Part shown: positions 58,859 to 64,000 of the stretch, in pieces
Layout: each line of letters starts with the position of its first letter
Numbering within the stretch: position 1 is the stretch's first letter
NCBI GenBank assembly: GCA_965205485.1
Contig: OZ242180.1
Span: 3,872,001-3,936,000 of the forward strand
Length of the DNA: 64,000 nucleotides
Reading direction: 5' to 3'
From: Candidatus Latescibacterota bacterium
GTDB taxonomy: Bacteria > Latescibacterota > UBA2968 > GCA-2709665
Translations under genes and position numbers: made by a program
The notes under the pieces: model-generated
The model's input: the letters and a program-made list of their open reading frames with translations, nothing else
What the model was told of the DNA's origin: nothing
The model's database searches: none

Positions 58859-60793
58859 ATGACGTTGGCGTACGGAACCAGAGTCTGGCGATCCCGCCGT
58901 GACTTCATGGCATGCACAGGAAGGAGAATCTCCATACCGGAAAACACCGTCCGTCTCAGGCGGGGGGTCACGGTCGCAGACGAGATGGGCAATTGCAGTA
59001 AGAACGATCGGGAAGAGGTCTTCCGGCTGCGGCAGGCCCGTAAGGCGTTTCTTGTTCCGTCAATGGGGGCTTCCGGTGCGCTGCTATGTCCGTACCTCCT
59101 TTGTGACCGGGCAGACGGTGAGATGGAGGTCCTGGTAAACGGTCATTCGCTGAGGGTCGACTGGTCGGGTGACCGCGACTACTGGCAGGACCGGTGGCGG
59201 CCGCTGGAGATTCCGGCCGAATGGCTCAGGCAGGGTCGAAACGAGGTGATTTTCAGGGCCCTGGGCGACGCGGTCTGGACACTTCTGGTCGAGGAGAGCG
59301 TTCAGCCGGGGCGAAGCGCCGTAAGCGAAGACGGCGGTCAGACCTGGCGTACCGAGTCCATAGGCGTCAACGACCGCGCCCGTGGAGAATACATGGTCCG
59401 GCTCTGGCTGGACCAATTTGCTGAATCGGGCGAAATCTGTTCCAATGCCGTCGACTTGCTCGGCCTGGTTTCGGAGGGCGGTATTGCCGCCGGGGGTCGC
59501 GTGGACGCCATCCGGTTGTCGGCCGACGTCCGGACGCCCGAGGGTTGTACCGCGCGACTGCAGTGGCGTGGCGGTCCGTGTCCGGCTTACTGCCCGAAGA
59601 CCTGGACGGCGTGGGCGTCGGTATCCGAGTCGATGGTTCCGGGCGGCGCCGTCCGGTTTCTGCAGTGGCGCATCGTCCTGCGGACCGATCAGCCGTCGCA
59701 GACGCCTGAGGTAGCGGCAGTATCGCTTGCGGTCACGGCACGGGCGGCCAAGCCGACGGCCCGCATCGTCGGTTCCCAAAACCCTGCGCTGGTTCGCAGT
59801 TCCTACCGGTTTTCGCATCTGCCGTCGGATTCAAAACGGGGACGGATTTTGAGGGACCGCTGGAAACTCGACGATGTCATCCGTCCCGCGAAATCCGAGT
59901 TCGAGGCCTTCCTGCATCTCCGGCAATGGGTGAGGGAGCAGTGGGAGGACGGCTGGAACATGGGTGACATCGACTTCTGCCCTCCCTGGGACGCCATGGT
60001 CATCCTGAGTCTCGCAAGCCGTAAGCTGAGCCTCGGAATGTGTACGCACTATGCGACCGTGATGTCACATTGCACCGCTGCGCTGGGATTTACAGCGCGA
60101 ACCCAGATCATGCGTTCACACTGCATCAACGAAGTCTGGTCGAACGAGCACGGCAAATGGGTGGCCATGGACGTCGGCGGAGATTCCAACGACGAGACGA
60201 AATTCACGTACCATTTCGAACGCCGGGGCGTGCCGCTCTCGGCGCTGGATGCGCACCGCGCATGGGTGAAACAGGATTTCGCAGACGTAAGAATCGTCCC
60301 GGAGCCGCCGCCATCGATCGCGGGGAGGTTTCAGGTGTCCGGGCGCTTGAAGTTGTTCGAACGGTTCATGATCTCCCTCCGGAACGACGAACTGGAAACC
60401 ATGGGGCCGGGAGAGCCCGAACATGGAAAGATCTCCTACCATTTTAACAGATATCTGTTCTGGCAGGACGCGGACACCGCCCCGTTTCCCTGGTTCTCCG
60501 AACATACGGAGCGTCCCGGAGACCTCTACTGGACTCCGAATCGGGCCGAGATTCACCTTCAACAGGCGGACGAACCGGATACGCTTCGCGTGTCGCTGGA
60601 TACGGAAACCGCGAATTTGAGAGGATTCGAGGTGAGTATCGACAGCGGGACCTGGGAGGAAAGAGGGGAGTCCGGCTTCGAGTGGCGCTTGAACGGGCAG
60701 GTGAACACGCTGTCTGTGAGGCCCGTGAATGCATTCGGACGCCGCGGAGCGGAAAGTTCCGTCGTTGTCCGGGCGGTCGGCGCATCGGGTTGA
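58859..60793 (+). CDS. Multidomain protein with a transglutaminase-like Cys-His-Asp domain
   Basis: GMCTHYATV...SHCINEVWS...KWVAMD, flanked by beta-rich domains. No signal peptide. Confidence 0.82.
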   Translation: MTLAYGTRVWRSRRDFMACTGRRISIPENTVRLRRGVTVADEMGNCSKNDREEVFRLRQARKAFLVPSMGASGALLCPYLLCDRADGEMEVLVNGHSLRVDWSGDRDYWQDRWRPLEIPAEWLRQGRNEVIFRALGDAVWTLLVEESVQPGRSAVSEDGGQTWRTESIGVNDRARGEYMVRLWLDQFAESGEICSNAVDLLGLVSEGGIAAGGRVDAIRLSADVRTPEGCTARLQWRGGPCPAYCPKTWTAWASVSESMVPGGAVRFLQWRIVLRTDQPSQTPEVAAVSLAVTARAAKPTARIVGSQNPALVRSSYRFSHLPSDSKRGRILRDRWKLDDVIRPAKSEFEAFLHLRQWVREQWEDGWNMGDIDFCPPWDAMVILSLASRKLSLGMCTHYATVMSHCTAALGFTARTQIMRSHCINEVWSNEHGKWVAMDVGGDSNDETKFTYHFERRGVPLSALDAHRAWVKQDFADVRIVPEPPPSIAGRFQVSGRLKLFERFMISLRNDELETMGPGEPEHGKISYHFNRYLFWQDADTAPFPWFSEHTERPGDLYWTPNRAEIHLQQADEPDTLRVSLDTETANLRGFEVSIDSGTWEERGESGFEWRLNGQVNTLSVRPVNAFGRRGAESSVVVRAVGASG

Positions 60794-60818
60794 CCGTTTG
60801 CGAACAGATGGAGGTCGC

Positions 60819-61748
60819 ATGGACAGGGCAGCAATTGAAAATTTCGGTACGTCGATGGTGCGCCCCGGCGATTTCGACGCGTTCTGGGACGACGTGGTCG
60901 ATACAGCGGAACGAATTCCCCTGAATAGCTCCGTGGTACACAGCCGGCTGCGGTCCACGCCCGATGTGGAGGTCTATGACGTCCATTTCGACAGCATCGA
61001 CGGCGTCAGGATCGCGGGCTGGTACTGCCTGCCCGCGAAACGCGAGAGTTCGCTGCCCGCAATCCTCCATGTTCCAGGGTATATCGGGGAACCCCGGTTA
61101 CCGAAACAGGAGGCCCTTGAGGGATACGCGGTTTTCAGCGTCGCCCCGCGGGGAAAACTCAGGAGCAACGGACAGTTCAATCCCGGATATCCAGGGCTGT
61201 TGACGCACAACATCGTGGATCGGAATACCTATTCCTATCGCGGATTTTACGTCGATGCCCTTCGCGGGTTCGACTTTCTGGCCGGCAGGGAGGAGGTGGA
61301 TCCGAAGCGGATCGGCGTGACCGGAAGCAGCCAGGGCGGAGGGTTGACGCTTGTGGTTGCCGCGCTGAGGGAACCGAGGGCCGGGGCCGCGGGTGCGCCC
61401 TATCTGTGCGGATTCATGGACGCGATCCAGCTAACGCATACCTATCCCTATCAGGAAATACGCGACTATCTGAGGCTGTATCCCGAGAGGGAGCCCGTTG
61501 TGAGAGAGACGCTCGGGTATTTCGACGGGATTCACTTCGGTCCTCGGATTTCGTGTCCGATTATCGTCAACGTGGGACTTCAGGACAATATCTGTCCGCC
61601 GGAAACCGGGTACGCGTCCTTCCGTGCGATTGGGTCGAGCAACAAGCGAATGTATGCGTACGACGGCCACGGGCACGATGCAGGCGTCGTCGAGCACGGC
61701 GCCGTGATTCGCGCATTTTTCGAGAGACATCTGAAGAATCACCCCTGA
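60819..61748 (+). CDS. CE7/AXE1 acetylxylan esterase (cephalosporin-C deacetylase family)
   Basis: P.DFDAFW, GSSQGG, PYQEI, GLQD.ICPP and GHGH motifs; complete triad. Confidence 0.92.
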   Translation: MDRAAIENFGTSMVRPGDFDAFWDDVVDTAERIPLNSSVVHSRLRSTPDVEVYDVHFDSIDGVRIAGWYCLPAKRESSLPAILHVPGYIGEPRLPKQEALEGYAVFSVAPRGKLRSNGQFNPGYPGLLTHNIVDRNTYSYRGFYVDALRGFDFLAGREEVDPKRIGVTGSSQGGGLTLVVAALREPRAGAAGAPYLCGFMDAIQLTHTYPYQEIRDYLRLYPEREPVVRETLGYFDGIHFGPRISCPIIVNVGLQDNICPPETGYASFRAIGSSNKRMYAYDGHGHDAGVVEHGAVIRAFFERHLKNHP

Positions 61749-61805
61749 CGGAGAATGCCGGAGGCGGGCCTGCAACCGCCCTCCGGGATCAAGGAGAACG
61801 CGTCG

Positions 61806-62711
61806 ATGCACGATCGATTCCAGCCGACGACGGCCATGCCCGATGATTTCGATGCCTACTGGCGTCGCACGATGGAAGCGCTGGACGCCACCCCGATGGC
61901 GCCCGAAGCGGATATCATGCCCATTCGGTGTACCGATTTCTCCACGACTTACGGGGTGCGCTTCACGAGCATCGGGCCGTACCGGCTGTTCGGCTATCTG
62001 AGCATTCCCCACGGGGACGGTCCATTCCCAACACTGGTTTATTTCACGCGCCTTCAGAGCGTGGTGGAGCCGCTTCCGCAGGGCGACGCAATCGAGAAAC
62101 TGGGGCGGTTCCTCGTATTTTCGATGGCGGCCAGGGGACAGCGCAATGCCGACAAGCCGTATGCGGCTTCATTCCCCGGTCTGTTCGTGGACGGAATCGA
62201 AGACCCTGACGCTTACGTCCTGCGGGGGATCGTGGCCGATTGCTGCCGGGCGATGGACTATGTGCTTACCCGCCCGGAAGCGGACCGGAGCCGGATCGTG
62301 GGGATCGGGCAGAACGAGATGCCGCTGCTGACCGAGGCGTTGCGCGGTGGAATGACGCACCTTGTCGCTTCTCCGTCCTTCTTCTACTGCACCATGGACC
62401 GGGCGGAGGGCACGGGGAGCTATCCGCTGGAGGAGGTCAACGAGTACTTGCGCCAATTCCCTGACCGGCGCGACCGGGTCGCGCGCACGGTTTCCTATTT
62501 CGACTCCATGTTTTTTGCGTCGCGGATCACGACGCCGACCCTGTTGTGGGGCAGCCGGCAACTGCTCGGGGCGATGGCTGACGCCATGCCGGGCGCCGCG
62601 GAGATCCGTACCTCGGAACATTCCCGCTACAAGGACGGAGTCTTTCAGGAGCGATGGATCGCCCGAAATCTGGGACTGAAGGACGTCATTCTGCCCGCCC
62701 ACTGGCAGTAG
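61806..62711 (+). CDS. CE7-like paralog lacking the catalytic Ser and Asp
   Basis: PDDFDAYW, RGQ, YPLEE and SYFD conserved; nucleophile elbow reads GIGQNEM. Confidence 0.85.
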   Translation: MHDRFQPTTAMPDDFDAYWRRTMEALDATPMAPEADIMPIRCTDFSTTYGVRFTSIGPYRLFGYLSIPHGDGPFPTLVYFTRLQSVVEPLPQGDAIEKLGRFLVFSMAARGQRNADKPYAASFPGLFVDGIEDPDAYVLRGIVADCCRAMDYVLTRPEADRSRIVGIGQNEMPLLTEALRGGMTHLVASPSFFYCTMDRAEGTGSYPLEEVNEYLRQFPDRRDRVARTVSYFDSMFFASRITTPTLLWGSRQLLGAMADAMPGAAEIRTSEHSRYKDGVFQERWIARNLGLKDVILPAHWQ

Positions 62712-62780
62712 GGCGTTGGCCCGCACCGGGAAGGCGGACGCGGGTTTCGGAATTCACGAGGTCTGCCGGGGAACGGAACG

Positions 62781-63971
62781 ATGGATATCGGCAGGATCAG
62801 GTCGGACTTTCCGGCGTTGGAAAATTTCGTATGGTTTCAGAACGGTGGCGTGAGCATTACCCCGGCGCCCGTGGCTGAAGCGCATATCGGACTGATGCGT
62901 GAACTTTGGGAACGCGGTCCAATGCACATAGCCTTTCCGGACGAGGAATTTCCCCGTCGTGAGCGGACCAGGGCGCAGCTGGCGGCATTCTTCGGCGTTG
63001 CGCCCGGCGACCTGGCCTTGATGCGCGGCGTGAGCGAAGCGTTCCAGACCGTCATACGCGGCCTGGACTGGCGTCCCGGTGACCGCATCCTGATCTCGGA
63101 AGAAGAAGAGGTGGCGCTGCTGGTGCCGTGCCTGCATTTGCGCGACCTGTACGGCGTTGTGGTGGACAAGGTACCTCTGGTGGACGATCAGGACGAGCAG
63201 GTCGAGGCGGTCGTCGCGCGTATCACTGAGCGCACTCGTCTCGTCAGCCTCAGCCATGTCATTTCCGAAACCGGGTACCGTCTGCCCGCCGAACGGATTT
63301 GTGCCGCCGCAAGGGAGCGCGGCGTTATCAGTTTTCTGGACATGGCGCATTCCGCAGGATTGTACCCGATCGATCTGAACGGACTGGGCTGCGATTTCGC
63401 CGGAATTCTCTCCTACAAGTGGATGTATTCGCCTTACGCCGCCGGGGCCCTTTACGCGAGAAAGGGCAGCCGGGATCAGATCCGCGTTACCTATGCCGGC
63501 GGGCGCGCGCAGGCGTGGGTGGACTTCCGGGAAGATCGATTCGCACTCAAGGAAAGTACGGAGCGGTTTGAGTTCGGACCATGGTCATGGCCGCTGGTTC
63601 ACGCGTGGGCCGTTGCGGTGGAATACCTTACGGGCATCGGACTCGAGGCGGTCTGGGCGCGTACCGCCACGCTGACGACCCGTTTGAAGCAGGGGCTGAA
63701 CGAGATTCAGGGCGTCAGGCTGTTTACGCCTGTGTCTCCAGGACAGTCTGCCGCCCTGGTCGCATTCAACCTGGATGGATGGCAGCCCCCGGACGTGAGG
63801 GATGCACTCAGGAGACGCTGGCGAATTGTCGTCAAGGCGTTTGACACAACGCGGCGCGGCCTGCGCGCCAGCGTGCCCTTCTTCCTCCTGGAAGAGGAGA
63901 TCGACCTGCTGCTGAGTTCGCTGGCCGTATTGGCCTCAGAGGGTCCGGGGCCATCCGCAAAGAGCGGGTAG
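62781..63971 (+). CDS. PLP-dependent class V aminotransferase-fold enzyme
   Basis: IRSDFP, LVSLSHV, LDMAHSAG, SYKW (PLP Lys) and LRAS motifs. No desulfurase Cys loop. Confidence 0.92.
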   Translation: MDIGRIRSDFPALENFVWFQNGGVSITPAPVAEAHIGLMRELWERGPMHIAFPDEEFPRRERTRAQLAAFFGVAPGDLALMRGVSEAFQTVIRGLDWRPGDRILISEEEEVALLVPCLHLRDLYGVVVDKVPLVDDQDEQVEAVVARITERTRLVSLSHVISETGYRLPAERICAAARERGVISFLDMAHSAGLYPIDLNGLGCDFAGILSYKWMYSPYAAGALYARKGSRDQIRVTYAGGRAQAWVDFREDRFALKESTERFEFGPWSWPLVHAWAVAVEYLTGIGLEAVWARTATLTTRLKQGLNEIQGVRLFTPVSPGQSAALVAFNLDGWQPPDVRDALRRRWRIVVKAFDTTRRGLRASVPFFLLEEEIDLLLSSLAVLASEGPGPSAKSG

Positions 63972-64000
63972 GCGCCCCCGCACATTCACCGCGCGCTTGT

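Noticed and set aside
62781..63971. Cysteine desulfurase (SufS/IscS)
   Set aside because: No RxGxHC or SSGSAC catalytic Cys loop.
1..64000. CRISPR arrays, rRNA/tRNA, prophage, transposases, defence systems
   Set aside because: No regularly spaced repeats, cloverleafs or hallmark proteins seen by eye; a covariance-model scan would be needed to exclude small RNAs.

Overview
GC-rich, gene-dense bacterial chromosome segment with about 50 CDSs. I found no rRNA, tRNA, CRISPR array, prophage or transposase. A cohesin plus FlgD-Ig/T9SS-type secreted protein and the overall gene content suggest an FCB-group organism such as Latescibacterota (inference only). Housekeeping blocks are gmd, a CNT nucleoside transporter, a doubled 1899-aa UvrA, anmK, ccsA-sirC-hemA-hemC-cobA/hemD, pcm, galU, purN and mreBC. 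Accessory catabolic blocks lie between them. The most notable items are: (1) a phosphonoacetate hydrolase (phnA) translationally coupled to a Gfo/Idh/MocA oxidoreductase and preceded by a TIM-barrel isomerase/lyase, with no phnW/phnY; (2) two Zn-ribbon-bearing ABC exporters plus DUF1854, behind cytoplasmic beta-helix and CBM9-like genes; (3) an operon of a transglutaminase-like protein, an active CE7 esterase, a catalytically dead CE7 paralog and a PLP class-V enzyme; (4) a 48-aa internally deleted mini-purC with a strong RBS; (5) a ~169-bp MITE next to a REP-like hairpin; (6) a putative exported protein-repair operon with an unannotated 58-aa membrane protein; (7) a LexA-box-like site filling the uvrA promoter spacer. 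All family calls come from motif recognition by eye, not from database searches.
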